Positions 43,941 through 54,761 of a stretch of 64,000 nucleotides of DNA are shown one piece after another (position 1 is the stretch's first letter; each line of letters begins with the position of its first letter). The position numbers and the translations under genes were made by a program. The notes beneath the pieces are model-generated. The model was not told the origin of the DNA and did no database searches. It saw only the letters and a list, made by a program, of their open reading frames with translations. Source of the stretch: an uncultured Gemmatimonadales bacterium (GTDB lineage Bacteria > Gemmatimonadota > Gemmatimonadetes > Longimicrobiales > Gaopeijiaceae); assembly GCA_963823035.1 (NCBI GenBank), contig CAWGKG010000012.1:96001-160000 (forward strand). Direction: 5' to 3'.

Positions 43941-45302
43941 ATGTCCGACGTCCTGAAGTTCGTCGACGAGAACCTCGGCCGCTTCCGCGCCGAGATGTAC
44001 GACTTCCTCCGCATCCCCTCGATCAGCGCCCGGTGGGAGCATGACGGCGACATGCGGCGCGCCGCCGAGTGGCTCTCCGAACGGCTGCGCGAGGCGGGGC
44101 TCGAGCCGAGCATCCACGAGACCCCGGGCCACCCCGTGGTGCTCGGGGAATGGCGGGGCGCCGGCGCGGACGCGCCCACCATCCTGATCTACGGTCACTA
44201 CGACGTGCAGCCGCCCGAGCCGCTCGAGGAGTGGAAGTCGCCACCCTTCGAGCCGACCGAGCGCGACGGACGCGTGTACGCGCGCGGCTCGGCCGACGAC
44301 AAAGGCCAGCTCTACATGCACGTGAAGGCGCTGGAAGCGCACCTGAAGGTGAACGGCTCTCTGCCGATGAACGTCGTCGTACTCGCGGAGGGCGAGGAGG
44401 AGGTGGGCTCCGAAAACCTGGTGCCGTTCGTGGAGAAGAACGCGGAGCGGCTGGCGTGCGACCACGTCATCATCTCCGACTCCAACATGTTCGCCGAGGG
44501 GATGCCGTCGGTGCTCTTTTCGCTACGCGGCCTCGCCTACTTCGAGATCCACCTCAAGGGCGCGCGCAGCGACCTGCATTCGGGCCAGTTCGGCGGTACG
44601 GTCGTGAACCCGGGCAACGCGCTCGGCATGATCCTCGCGTCGCTGCACGACGAGAACGGTCGCATCGCGGTCGAGGGCTTCTATGACGACGTGTTGGAGT
44701 GGGACGAGGAGACGCGCGCGCAGATCCGGTCGCTCCCCTTCGACGAAGAGGCCTACCGGAAGGAGCTGGAGGTCGCGACGCTCGGAGGAGAGAAGGGCTT
44801 CTCCCCGCTCGAACGCCTCTGGATCCGCCCCACCTGCGACGTGAACGGGATCCTCTGCGGCTATACCGCGGAAGGTGCCAAGACCGTCCTCCCCAACAAG
44901 GCGATGGCGAAGATCAGCTTCCGGCTGGTGAAGAACCAGACGCCGGAGAAGGTCAAGCGGCTGTTCGAGAAGCACCTCGCGAAGGTCACGCCCGCCGGCG
45001 TGACGGTCGAGTTGAAGGAGCTCCACGGCGGCCGTCCCTGGCAGGCGAAGGTGGAAGGGAAGCTCGTGGAGGCCGCGTCGGCCGCGCTGGAGCAGGCGTT
45101 CGGCGCGAAGACCGTCCTGCAGGGCGAGGGCGGCTCGATCCCGATCGTGGTCGACTTCGAGGAGAAGCTGGGGGCCTCGGCGCTGCTGGTCGGCTTCGCG
45201 CTCCCCGGCTGCAACCTGCACGCGCCCAACGAGTGGTTCGAGTTGGACGCCTTCGACAAGGGCATCCGCGCGCTCGCGATCCTCTACGAGAAGCTGGCCT
45301 GA
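43941..45302 (+). CDS. M20 family dipeptidase
   Basis: YGHYDVQP, RGSADDKGQ, EGEEEVGS, DLHSG, GGSIP, HAPNE. Confidence 0.95.
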   Translation: MSDVLKFVDENLGRFRAEMYDFLRIPSISARWEHDGDMRRAAEWLSERLREAGLEPSIHETPGHPVVLGEWRGAGADAPTILIYGHYDVQPPEPLEEWKSPPFEPTERDGRVYARGSADDKGQLYMHVKALEAHLKVNGSLPMNVVVLAEGEEEVGSENLVPFVEKNAERLACDHVIISDSNMFAEGMPSVLFSLRGLAYFEIHLKGARSDLHSGQFGGTVVNPGNALGMILASLHDENGRIAVEGFYDDVLEWDEETRAQIRSLPFDEEAYRKELEVATLGGEKGFSPLERLWIRPTCDVNGILCGYTAEGAKTVLPNKAMAKISFRLVKNQTPEKVKRLFEKHLAKVTPAGVTVELKELHGGRPWQAKVEGKLVEAASAALEQAFGAKTVLQGEGGSIPIVVDFEEKLGASALLVGFALPGCNLHAPNEWFELDAFDKGIRALAILYEKLA

Positions 45303-45316
45303 GCGCGTCGCACAGC

Positions 45317-46822
45317 TCACTCCGGCGCGGGCCGCCCCACCATGGCGGCGGCCCGCAAGAGGGCCCGCGCCTTGTTGAGCGTCTCCTCGTACTCCTTGGC
45401 CGGATCGGAGTCGGCCACGATCCCGGCGCCCGCCTGCACGTACGCCCGACCGCCGCTCACCAGCACCGTGCGAATGGTGATCGCGGTGTCCATGCTGTCG
45501 CCGCCGTAGCTGAAATGGCCGACCGCGCCCGCGTACGGACCACGCCGCACAGGCTCCAGCTCGTCGATGATCTCCATGGCTCGGATCTTCGGCGCGCCCG
45601 AGACCGTGCCGGCGGGGAAGCACGCCCGGAACACGTCCATCGCGTGCAGCCCGGAGCGCAGGTGCCCCTCGACCTGGCTGACGAGATGCATCACGTGGGA
45701 GTACCTCTCCACCACCATCAGGTCGGGCACCGTGACGGTGCCGTACTCGGCCACGCGTCCGACGTCGTTGCGTCCAAGGTCGACGAGCATGCGGTGCTCG
45801 GCCAACTCCTTCTCGTCCGCGCGCAGCTCGTCGGCCAGCGTCCGGTCCTCCTCGGGGGTGGCTCCGCGGGGGCGCGTTCCAGCGATCGGGCGCACCGTGA
45901 CCACCCCGTCCTCGACGCGCACGAGCACCTCGGGGGAGCTCCCCACCAGCGCCATCCCGTCCAGCTCGAGGAAGTAGAGGTAGGGCGACGGGTTCAGGGT
46001 ACGCAGCGCGCGGTAGAGCTCGAAGGGCGTGGCCTCGAGGCGCACGCCCAGCCGCTGGCTGAGCACCACCTGGAAGGCGTCGCCGGCCCGGATGTAGTCA
46101 CGGATGCGCTCCACGCCGGCCTCGTAGTCCTCGCGCCGCGTCGAGGAGTCGAACTCCGGGTCCCGCTCCGGCTCCGCGCCGAGCGCGAGGGGGCGCGGAC
46201 CCGCGGCGTCGGCGAGCTCCGTGACCAGCGCATCCAGGCGCGCACCGGCCTCGTCGTACGCGCGGCGCAGCTCCGCCTCCTCGGCGCCCGCCTCGACCGG
46301 GACGGCTGCGATCGCCATGGCGCGGCCCCGGAGGTTGTCGATCGCCAGCACCACGTCCGTGAAGAGGAAGAGGCCGTCGGGGAGGTCGAGGTCGTCCGGC
46401 GGGGCGTGGGGGAGGTCCTCGATCTCCCGGATGACGTCGTAGCCGAAGAACCCGACCGCGCCGCCCCAGAAGCGCGGCAGGCCGGGGACGTGCGCGGGTG
46501 CGCGCGCGCGCAGGCGGGCCTCGAGGTCGCCGAGCGGGTCGTCCGTGTCGACCGGCGACCACCCCGCGTCGGGCGTCCACCACGACACCTCGCCCCCTCG
46601 CAGACGCCAGGCGGCGGCGGGGCGGGTGCCGAGGAAGGAGTAGCGGGCCCACTGCTCGCCACCCACCACGGACTCGAGCAGGAAGCCGAACGGAGGACGC
46701 GAGAGCTTGGCGTACGCGGTGACCGCCGTGTCCACGTCGAAGAGGAACTCGCGACGCACAGGGACCACGCGCGCCGATCGGGCGTACTCCCGGAAATCGC
46801 GGAAGGAAGGAATCACTTGCAT
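45317..46822 (-). CDS. trpE: Anthranilate synthase component I
   Basis: FLLES, ARYSF, NPSPY, GSSPE, PIAGTRPRG, EHRMLVDLGRND, GTVSGAPK, QAGAGIVADS. Confidence 0.92.
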   Translation of the reverse strand: MQVIPSFRDFREYARSARVVPVRREFLFDVDTAVTAYAKLSRPPFGFLLESVVGGEQWARYSFLGTRPAAAWRLRGGEVSWWTPDAGWSPVDTDDPLGDLEARLRARAPAHVPGLPRFWGGAVGFFGYDVIREIEDLPHAPPDDLDLPDGLFLFTDVVLAIDNLRGRAMAIAAVPVEAGAEEAELRRAYDEAGARLDALVTELADAAGPRPLALGAEPERDPEFDSSTRREDYEAGVERIRDYIRAGDAFQVVLSQRLGVRLEATPFELYRALRTLNPSPYLYFLELDGMALVGSSPEVLVRVEDGVVTVRPIAGTRPRGATPEEDRTLADELRADEKELAEHRMLVDLGRNDVGRVAEYGTVTVPDLMVVERYSHVMHLVSQVEGHLRSGLHAMDVFRACFPAGTVSGAPKIRAMEIIDELEPVRRGPYAGAVGHFSYGGDSMDTAITIRTVLVSGGRAYVQAGAGIVADSDPAKEYEETLNKARALLRAAAMVGRPAPE

Positions 46823-46842
46823 ATGCAGTCGGGAGCGGCCTG

Positions 46843-48864
46843 GTGAGCGACCCAATGTCCCCCGTAGCGCGGACAGCGTCAACGCCGGTGATCGCCGTGG
46901 ACACGGGGGGCACCTTCACGGACCTCGTCCTGTGGCGCGACGGAGCGCTGACCACCCTCAAGGTGCCCTCGACCCCCTCGGACCCGGCACAGGCGGTGCT
47001 GGACGGAGTGCGCCGGCTCGTTGCGCAGGGTGAGCGCTTCGTTCTCCTGCACGGCTCGACCGTCGCCACCAACGCGCTGCTCGAGCGGCGCGGCGCACGC
47101 GTCGTGCTCGTGACGAACGAGGGCTTCGAAGACGTCATCGAGATCGGCCGACAGAACCGTCCGCAGCTCTATGCGCTGGTGGGGCACCGCGCTCCGCCTC
47201 TCGTCGCGCGCGAGGACCGGATCGGCGTGCCCGGACGTCTCGACCCGCGCGGCGACGAGGTGCAGCCCCTCGACGCGGCCGTACTGGAGGGGCTCGCCAC
47301 GCTCGTCGCCGAGCGCGAGGCCGACTCGGTGGCGGTCTGTCTCCTGCACGCCTACGCCAATCCGGCCCACGAGCGCGCCGTGGCCGATGCGCTCGACGCC
47401 ACGGGCCTGCCGCTGTCCGTATCCTCCGAGCTGCTCCCCGAGTTCCGGGAGTTCGAGCGAACGTCGACCACGGTGGTGAACGCCTACGTGGCGCCCGTCA
47501 TGTCCCGCTACCTCGGGCGACTCTCCGAGGAGGCCGGAGCCGAGCGGGTCTCGATCATGGGCTCCAACGGTGGCGCGCTCCCCGTCGCGCGGGCCCGCCA
47601 CGAGCCGGTGCACACCGTGCTTTCGGGACCGGCCGGCGGCGTGGTGGGCGCGCTGGACTGGGCGAAGCGGACCGGGCACGAGCGCGTGCTGTCGTTCGAC
47701 ATGGGCGGGACGTCCACGGACGTGTCGCTCTGTCCGGGCCACGCGCTGCGCACGCGGGAGTTCGAGATCGACGGGCAGCCGATCGCCATCCCCGTGATCG
47801 ACATCCACACGGTCGGCGCGGGCGGCGGATCGCTCGCGCGGCTGGACGCCGGTGGCGCCCTGCGCGTCGGACCGCAGAGCGCCGGCGCCGACCCGGGACC
47901 GATCTGCTATGGGCTGGGCGGCACGGGCGTGACCGTCACCGACGCGCACGTCTGGCTGGGCCGGCTCCCGGTCGACGCCTTCCTGGGTGGCGAGAGCCGC
48001 ATCGACCGCGATGCCATACGCGCGCCCCTCGCGGCGCTCGCCGAGGGTCTGGGCCTCTCCCTGGAAGCGGCGGCCGAAGGCGTGCTCGCCGTCGCGGATG
48101 CGGCCATGGAGCGCGCGTTGCGGGTGATCTCGGTCGAGCGCGGCTACGACCCCGCGGACTTCGCCGTCGTGGCGTTCGGCGGCGCGGGCGCCCTGCACGT
48201 GGCGGAGCTCACACGGCGCCTGGGCGCCGCGCGCGCGCTGGTGCCGCCCGACCCTGGCCTTCTGTCCGCGTACGGGATGCTGGCCTCGCCCGTGACGCGC
48301 GAGCTGTCGCGCACGGTGCTCGAATCGACCACGCGCGCCGACCTGGACGGGGTTCTCGCGTCCGTGTTCGCCGAGCTCGAGGAACAGGGGCGCGCAGAGA
48401 TGTTGGCCGAGGGGGCGCAGGCCGAAACGCTCGTCGCGGAGCGGTGGGTGGACGCGCGCTACGCGGGTCAGAGCTTCGAGCTGCGTGTGCCCGCCGCGGG
48501 CTGGGTCGAGCACTTCCACGACCTCCACGACGAGCGGTACGGCTACCGACGCGACGCGACGCCCGTGGAGGCCGTGACGCTCCGGATGGTCGTGACGGCG
48601 CCGCCCGTGCGGATCGAAGCGCCGCGCCTCCCGGCGGCATCCGCCTCGCCGCCCCTGGAGGCCACGCGCGTCTTCCACGGGGGTCGCGAGCTCGAGGCCG
48701 TGCGCGTGTGGCGAAGGGATCTCGCCGACGGTCACGTGATCGAGGGACCGGCCGTCGTTCAGGAATACAGCGCCACGACGTGGGTTCCACCCGAGTGGCG
48801 GCTGGAGGTGGACGCATGGGGGTGCCTGCACCTGCTGCCCGGCCACCTGATCCGCTCGGAGTGA
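46843..48864 (+). CDS. Hydantoinase A / 5-oxoprolinase family protein
   Basis: DTGGTFTD, HGSTVATNA, SGPAGG, DMGGTSTD, IHTVGAGGGS, FGGAG. Confidence 0.92.
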   Translation: MSDPMSPVARTASTPVIAVDTGGTFTDLVLWRDGALTTLKVPSTPSDPAQAVLDGVRRLVAQGERFVLLHGSTVATNALLERRGARVVLVTNEGFEDVIEIGRQNRPQLYALVGHRAPPLVAREDRIGVPGRLDPRGDEVQPLDAAVLEGLATLVAEREADSVAVCLLHAYANPAHERAVADALDATGLPLSVSSELLPEFREFERTSTTVVNAYVAPVMSRYLGRLSEEAGAERVSIMGSNGGALPVARARHEPVHTVLSGPAGGVVGALDWAKRTGHERVLSFDMGGTSTDVSLCPGHALRTREFEIDGQPIAIPVIDIHTVGAGGGSLARLDAGGALRVGPQSAGADPGPICYGLGGTGVTVTDAHVWLGRLPVDAFLGGESRIDRDAIRAPLAALAEGLGLSLEAAAEGVLAVADAAMERALRVISVERGYDPADFAVVAFGGAGALHVAELTRRLGAARALVPPDPGLLSAYGMLASPVTRELSRTVLESTTRADLDGVLASVFAELEEQGRAEMLAEGAQAETLVAERWVDARYAGQSFELRVPAAGWVEHFHDLHDERYGYRRDATPVEAVTLRMVVTAPPVRIEAPRLPAASASPPLEATRVFHGGRELEAVRVWRRDLADGHVIEGPAVVQEYSATTWVPPEWRLEVDAWGCLHLLPGHLIRSE

Positions 48865-48926
48865 CGCGACGCCCTCGCGCGTTATCTTTCGCCGACTCCG
48901 GATCGAGCACCGTACCACCGAGGACC

Positions 48927-51239
48927 ATGGCGACCCAGGCAACCACGCACACCGAGGTAGCCGCGTCCACCGACGCGGCGCACCTGCGCCCGCCGTACGG
49001 CGCCGCCGCCATCGCCGGCGTCCTGGTGTTCGCGCTGTACGCGATCACGCTCGCGCCCACGACGGCTTTCTGGGACACCAGCGAGTACATCGCCACCGCA
49101 CACATCGTCGGCATCCCACATCCGCCCGGGAACCCGCTCTTCGTGGTGCTGGCCCGTGCCTGGTCGGTGCTCCTGGCGCCCCTGGGGCTCTCCGTGGCCG
49201 TGCGGGTGAACCTCTTCAGCGCCTTCATGAGCGCGGCGGCCCACGCGCTCTGGTTCCTGGTGATCCACCACGTGCTGCGCTTCTTCTCGGACGATCGCCG
49301 CTTCCGCCTGGTGGGTGCCGCGGCCGCCGTCCTGGTGAGCGCCACCGCCTACACCGTCTGGAACCAGTCGAACGTCAACGAGAAGGTCTACACGGTCTCC
49401 CTCCTCACGATCGCGCTCCTTGTCTGGCTCGCGTTCCGTTGGCAGGAGAACCTGGGGAAGGGGAAGGACGACAACCTCCTCGTCCTGATGGCCTTCATCC
49501 TGGCGCTGTCCGTGGGCAACCACCTGATGGCGTTCCTGGCTGCGCCCGCCATCGGCGTCTTCATCCTCGTCGTCCACCCGAAGACGCTGCTCAACTGGCG
49601 CATCTACCCGGCCGCGATCGTGGCCGCCATCCTCGGGCTTTCGATCCACCTCTTCCTCCCGATCCGGGCGGGGCTGGATCCGGTCATCAACGAGGCGGCG
49701 CCCACGTGTCCGAACATCGCCTCGGCGGTCGGCGCGATCGTCACGTACGGGAAGGCCGGCTGCGTCGCGCTCGCCGAGGCGCTCAACCGCACGCAGTACG
49801 ACAAGCCACCGATCACGTTGCGCCAGGCGGCGCTCTGGTCGCAGATCGTGAACTACCTGCAGTACTTCGACTGGCAATGGGCGCGCTCCCTCGCCGGCAC
49901 GAACACGGTCTTCGCCAACCTGCGCCTCCCCTTCACGATGCTCTTCACGGGCCTCGGCGTGTGGGGAGGGATCGAGCACTTCAGGCGCGACCGGGCGAGC
50001 TTCTACGCCCTGGCGACGCTCTTCCTCACGCTGTCGGTGGCGCTCCTCTATTACATGAACTTCAAGTACGGGTACTCGCTGGATGCGCCGGTACCCGGCA
50101 CCGACATGCACGAGGTGAGGGAGCGCGACTATTTCTTCACCGTGAGCTTCTCGCTCTGGGGGCTCTGGGCAGGTGTGGGGATCGCGACGCTGTGGCGTGA
50201 AGCGGCGCACGAGCTCAAGACGCGGCTGTCGCGCACCGTGCCCGTGCTCGGTCTCGCGCTCATCCCGCTCGTCCTCAACTGGTCGTGGGCGAGCCGCGCG
50301 CACGACTACGCCGCGCGTGACTGGGCCTACAACCTCCTCATGAGCGTCGAGCCGTACGGGATCCTCTTCACGAACGGCGACAACGACACCTTCCCGCTCT
50401 GGTACCTGCAGGAGGCCGAGGGCATCCGCCGCGACGTCACGGTGATCGTGACCTCCTACCTCAACACGCCCTGGTACACGGAGCAGCTCCGCGATCTCAC
50501 CGCGCCCTGCGGAGCCGGTCAGGATCCCATGAAGGACCCGACCCGGAACGTCTGTCAGCGGCCCTACACGGCGGAGAACACGAACGCCGCCTACGTATCC
50601 GACACCACGCAGGCCCAGGGAAAGGTGCCGCTCCTCCTCGACCACCCGCTCACCGCGCCCACGCAGTCGATCCTCCCCCTCGACGACGAGACCATCGAGC
50701 GGGTGGCCGGCTCGTATTCCCAGCTGGACCGCGAGCAGGTCCTGCGCATGGGGAACGTCACGACACGGCTGCATCAGGGGCAGATCCTGTATCCGTGGAT
50801 GCAGTATGCCCTCGTCCTCATCAACAGCTCGATCGGGGAGCGGCCCATCTACTTCGCGTCCAGCGCGAGCGCGGCCTCCGAACTCGGGCTCGACGCCTAC
50901 CTCGTGCGACAGGGCCTGGCGTACAAGCTGAACGACGGGCCGCTCGAGGAGAGCCGCCCCGAGGGCGTGCTCCACATGGCGCGGTCCCCCTACCTGGCCG
51001 TGACCGGCGACTGGGTGGACGTACCGCGCACCGAGAAGCTCATGGACGAGGTGTTCGTGCACCACTCGGGGATACCGGACGCGTGGCAGCACTGGCCGGA
51101 CGCCTCCACGATCGGTATTCCGAACTACTACTTCTGGGGATATCTCGCCCTCTCGCAAGCCGCGGCACAGGAGGGCGACGACGGCGACGCCACTCGCTAC
51201 AGGGAGCGCGCCGAGGCATGGTCGGTCCTGGGAACCTGA
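48927..51239 (+). CDS. DUF2723 / TMEM260-like multi-pass glycosyltransferase
   Basis: [47 protein letters not shown]. Confidence 0.88.
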   Translation: MATQATTHTEVAASTDAAHLRPPYGAAAIAGVLVFALYAITLAPTTAFWDTSEYIATAHIVGIPHPPGNPLFVVLARAWSVLLAPLGLSVAVRVNLFSAFMSAAAHALWFLVIHHVLRFFSDDRRFRLVGAAAAVLVSATAYTVWNQSNVNEKVYTVSLLTIALLVWLAFRWQENLGKGKDDNLLVLMAFILALSVGNHLMAFLAAPAIGVFILVVHPKTLLNWRIYPAAIVAAILGLSIHLFLPIRAGLDPVINEAAPTCPNIASAVGAIVTYGKAGCVALAEALNRTQYDKPPITLRQAALWSQIVNYLQYFDWQWARSLAGTNTVFANLRLPFTMLFTGLGVWGGIEHFRRDRASFYALATLFLTLSVALLYYMNFKYGYSLDAPVPGTDMHEVRERDYFFTVSFSLWGLWAGVGIATLWREAAHELKTRLSRTVPVLGLALIPLVLNWSWASRAHDYAARDWAYNLLMSVEPYGILFTNGDNDTFPLWYLQEAEGIRRDVTVIVTSYLNTPWYTEQLRDLTAPCGAGQDPMKDPTRNVCQRPYTAENTNAAYVSDTTQAQGKVPLLLDHPLTAPTQSILPLDDETIERVAGSYSQLDREQVLRMGNVTTRLHQGQILYPWMQYALVLINSSIGERPIYFASSASAASELGLDAYLVRQGLAYKLNDGPLEESRPEGVLHMARSPYLAVTGDWVDVPRTEKLMDEVFVHHSGIPDAWQHWPDASTIGIPNYYFWGYLALSQAAAQEGDDGDATRYRERAEAWSVLGT

Positions 51240-51520
51240 CCGGAGATCGGGCCGTCCACGGCTCACCCCACTGGCGCAAGGCGGCGGTCTTCCCAGCGGA
51301 GCCGGGCGCCGAGATAGCGCGTCAGCTGCTGGAGACCGCCGACATTCCCGTCGCCGTGCTCAACGATCGCACCGGGGTCTTCGGCCCCGGCTTCGCCGGC
51401 GCCTCCCACCTCGGCGTGACCGTCCTGGTCCCCGGGGACCGGTTCGAGGAGGCACTCGAGCTCCTCGAGGACGTCCTGGAGAGCTTCGGCGGAGAGACGC
51501 CGGACACCCCGGACTCCTGA
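51218..51520 (+). CDS. DUF2007-like putative signal-transducing protein
   Basis: [14 protein letters not shown]...[16 protein letters not shown]. Confidence 0.7.
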   Translation: MVGPGNLTGDRAVHGSPHWRKAAVFPAEPGAEIARQLLETADIPVAVLNDRTGVFGPGFAGASHLGVTVLVPGDRFEEALELLEDVLESFGGETPDTPDS

Positions 51521-51539
51521 GGGCGGAACGGCCTCCGGA

Positions 51540-52508
51540 TCAGAGTTCGACGACGACGCCTCGCCCCTCGCGCTCCGCTGCCTCCAGCACGCGCGCCGCG
51601 ATGGCGACGTCCTGCACCGCGTTGCCCACCGACTTGAAGAAGGTGATCTCATCCCGTGACGTACGACCGGGGATGCTGCCCGCCGCCACCTCGCCGATCT
51701 CCGCGGCGATGACGTCGTCCCCCACCGCGCCTTCCGCGATCGGACCGATCAGGTCGCCCGCCTCGGCCAGAGCCGCCTCCCGCTGATCGACGAAGACGCG
51801 CGCGCGACGCACCAGCGCCGTGTCGACCTCGCGCATCTCGGGCGTGAAGGACCCGATGCCGGTCACGTGCGTTCCGGGCTCGATGCCCGATCCGTCGAAG
51901 ACGGGCGTCGGGCTGTTGGTCGCGGCGATCACCACGTGCGCGCCCGCTATGGCGGTGGCCGGGTCCTCGACCACGCGCGCCCGCACGCCCTCCTGGTCGG
52001 CGGCGAGGGCGTCCGCCGAGGGCCGGTCCCGTGAGACGATCCGCACGTCCTCGATGGGCCGCACGCACCGCACGGCTTCGAGTTGGGTGCGGGCCTGGAC
52101 CCCGGATCCGAAGAGCGCCACGACCGACGCATCCGGCCGCGCCAGCAGCTCGGCTGCCAACCCGCCCGCCGCTCCGGTGCGCAACGCCGTCAGGCGCGTT
52201 CCGTCCATGAACGCGAGGGGACGTCCGGTCTCGTGGTCCAGGACCAGCACCACGGCGTGGATCACCGGCAGTCCCAGGGACGCGTTGCCCGGATGGACGG
52301 TGACGACCTTCGCCGCCGTCGCGCCGCTGCGCTCGAGGTAGCCGGGCATGAACAATGCCGTGCCCGACGGCGTGTCCAGCGCAAGGCGCAGAGGGGCCAG
52401 GGCCTCGCCGCGTGAGAGGGCGACGAACGCCTCCCGCATCGCCTCGATGGCCGCGCGCATGTCCACGAGCGCGAGCACCTCGGCACCCGACAGGATGCGC
52501 ATCTTCAT
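51540..52508 (-). CDS. Ornithine cyclodeaminase / mu-crystallin family protein
   Basis: [25 protein letters not shown]. Confidence 0.92.
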   Translation of the reverse strand: MKMRILSGAEVLALVDMRAAIEAMREAFVALSRGEALAPLRLALDTPSGTALFMPGYLERSGATAAKVVTVHPGNASLGLPVIHAVVLVLDHETGRPLAFMDGTRLTALRTGAAGGLAAELLARPDASVVALFGSGVQARTQLEAVRCVRPIEDVRIVSRDRPSADALAADQEGVRARVVEDPATAIAGAHVVIAATNSPTPVFDGSGIEPGTHVTGIGSFTPEMREVDTALVRRARVFVDQREAALAEAGDLIGPIAEGAVGDDVIAAEIGEVAAGSIPGRTSRDEITFFKSVGNAVQDVAIAARVLEAAEREGRGVVVEL

Positions 52509-52644
52509 GGCGGACTCCGGACCGTTGGATCGAGGGACGCACACGCCCCCCGGACGGCACACCTTGCTTGGCGGGTACCACCTCCGTCAACGTTAGGGAA
52601 CAGGGAGGCTGCCCACTCCGTGTCATCCACAACCGCATCGGACC

Positions 52645-53034
52645 ATGCGCTTCGTCGAGACACCCCAGGCGCCACGCCCCGCCGGCCACTACAGCCAGGC
52701 GGTCGTCCACGGAGACACCGTGTACGTGGCCGGACAGCTCCCGATCGATCCGACGGATCGGGACGCCCCGCCGGGCGACGCCGCGGAGCAGACGCGCCAG
52801 GCCCTGGAGAACGTCCGCCACATCCTCGAGGCGGCGGGAAGCGGGCTCGACCGCGTGCTGCAGATGACCCTCTACGTCTCCGACATCTCCCACTGGGGAG
52901 AGGTCAACCGGGTGTACACGGAGATGTTGGGTGATCATCGCCCGGCGCGCGCCGTGGTGCCGGTGCGTGATCTCCATTTCGGCTACCTCATAGAGATCCA
53001 GGCCATCGCCGCACTCGGAGAGGAGGACCCATGA
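52645..53034 (+). CDS. RidA/YjgF family enamine deaminase
   Basis: GHYSQAV, AGQLP, NRVY, PARAVV, IEIQAIA. Confidence 0.92.
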   Translation: MRFVETPQAPRPAGHYSQAVVHGDTVYVAGQLPIDPTDRDAPPGDAAEQTRQALENVRHILEAAGSGLDRVLQMTLYVSDISHWGEVNRVYTEMLGDHRPARAVVPVRDLHFGYLIEIQAIAALGEEDP

Positions 53035-53306
53035 GCGCCTACCACCGATGCCCGAAGTGCAACTCGGACCACATGATCGACGGCGGCTACGTTGCGGACG
53101 CACAGGGGCCGCGGGTGATCGTGGGGGTGGACCGGCATCCGGACCAGGGCATCCTGAGCCACGCGGCAAGCACCATGGTGCACGCCAGCGTATGCGGTTC
53201 GTGCGGATTCGTGGAGCTGTACGCCAACCGACCCGAGGAGCTGTACGAGGCTTACCGCCGTGCCGAGCGAATGCCCCGGCTGACCACCCCTCCGCTCCAG
53301 GCCTGA
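53031..53306 (+). CDS. Small zinc-ribbon protein
   Basis: CPKC ... CGSCGFVELYA; ATGA overlap with RidA gene. Confidence 0.8.
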   Translation: MSAYHRCPKCNSDHMIDGGYVADAQGPRVIVGVDRHPDQGILSHAASTMVHASVCGSCGFVELYANRPEELYEAYRRAERMPRLTTPPLQA

Positions 53307-53328
53307 CGCCCCGACACCAGGAGCCCCC

Positions 53329-54456
53329 ATCCCGACGCAGGCGGACCGAAGCGGCATCCGGATCGGCATCGACCTCGGCGGCACCAAGATCGAGGGCATT
53401 GCCCTCGGCCCGGCGGGCGAGCAGTTGGCGCGCATCCGGGTGGTCACGCCGAGGAGCTACGAAGCGACGCTCACCGCCCTGGTCGATCTGGTGGCCGGGA
53501 TCGAGAGCGAGGTCGGAGCACGTGCTCCCGTGGGCATCGGCATTCCGGGGACGATCTCGCCGGCCACGGGCACCGTGAAGAACGCGAACTCCACCTGGTT
53601 GATCGGCCACCCGCTCGACCGCGACCTGGCCGCCAGGCTGGACCGTCCGGTGCGCCTCACGAACGACGCCAACTGCTTCGCGCTCTCCGAGGCGAGCGAC
53701 GGAGCCGGGGCGGGCGCGCGGGTCGTCTTCGGCGTCATCCTCGGCACCGGGGTCGGAGGCGGCATCGTCATCGACGGCCGCGCCCTGGTCGGCGCGCAGC
53801 ACATCGCGGGTGAGTGGGGGCACAACGGGCTCCCCTGGCCGACCGCAGAGGAGACGCCGGGCCCCGAGTGCTACTGCGGCCGGAGCGGATGCATCGAGAC
53901 GTTCCTCTCCGGCCCGGCGATGGCGCGCGACCACGCCGAAGCGACGAAGAGACCGTGGAGCACGCACCGCATCGTCGAGGCGATCGCGAAGGGCGACGAG
54001 GGCGCCGTCGCGGCCTACGATCGCTACGTGCAGCGCCTGGGGCGGGGGCTGGCCTCGGTCGTCAACGTGCTCGACCCCGACGTGATCGTGTTGGGCGGAG
54101 GCATGTCCAACCTGCCGGGGCTCGCGGCGGACGCGGAGCGCGCCCTGGCGCCCTGGGTATTCACCGACGCTGTCGGGACTCGGGTCGTTCGGAACCGCCA
54201 CGGCGATTCCAGCGGGGTGCGTGGGGCGGCGTGGCTCTGGCCCGCCGAAGGCAGACTGAGCGCCTCGCGGACGGCGCGCGGGGGCCGTCACCCCATCCGC
54301 GGGATCGTCATGTTGTCGAGGAAGAGACGGTCCCTGGACGACAGCGACTTGATGCCGTCCTGGTCCACCACGTCGAGCAGTCGCTGCACCTCGTCGCGAT
54401 TCAGGGGGTGGAGCTTGCGCACGTTGATGCGCCCCCACCGGTCGCGATCCTCCTGA
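53329..54456 (+). CDS. ROK family sugar kinase (Mak/fructokinase-like); start and stop both atypical
   Basis: IGIDLGGTK, NDANC, GTGVGGG, GEWGH, CYCGRSGCIE, GDSSGVRGAAWL. Confidence 0.9.
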   Translation: MPTQADRSGIRIGIDLGGTKIEGIALGPAGEQLARIRVVTPRSYEATLTALVDLVAGIESEVGARAPVGIGIPGTISPATGTVKNANSTWLIGHPLDRDLAARLDRPVRLTNDANCFALSEASDGAGAGARVVFGVILGTGVGGGIVIDGRALVGAQHIAGEWGHNGLPWPTAEETPGPECYCGRSGCIETFLSGPAMARDHAEATKRPWSTHRIVEAIAKGDEGAVAAYDRYVQRLGRGLASVVNVLDPDVIVLGGGMSNLPGLAADAERALAPWVFTDAVGTRVVRNRHGDSSGVRGAAWLWPAEGRLSASRTARGGRHPIRGIVMLSRKRRSLDDSDLMPSWSTTSSSRCTSSRFRGWSLRTLMRPHRSRSS

Positions 54457-54605
54457 TTGCGTACGCCCTGGGACGAATAGTGCGAGTTCGGCGCCTCTAC
54501 GACGCGACGCGCCGCTACACGGCGCTTGCGCCAGCTCCGGTACCAGATCCGGAGCACCACACCCATGCACATGCCCACGATCAGGGATGGAATCCAGGTA
54601 GTCAT
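54288..54605 (-). CDS. Small membrane-anchored protein with DUF6576-like C-terminus
   Basis: N-terminal TM helix; EVQRLLDVVDQDGIKSLSSRDRLFLD. Confidence 0.7.
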   Translation of the reverse strand: MTTWIPSLIVGMCMGVVLRIWYRSWRKRRVAARRVVEAPNSHYSSQGVRNQEDRDRWGRINVRKLHPLNRDEVQRLLDVVDQDGIKSLSSRDRLFLDNMTIPRMG

Positions 54606-54761
54606 ATCCAGTCTACGACGGCCACCAGAATCCGAGCCTGGCGTCCTACCGTCGGACGCCGGGGATCCGGGAGGCCGACCGCCCTCGGTCCGGCGCTCTC
54701 GATCCAAGCTTCATGGTATTAAGACGTTGGGGAGGGGGCAAAGGTTGCAGATTCGGCCCCG

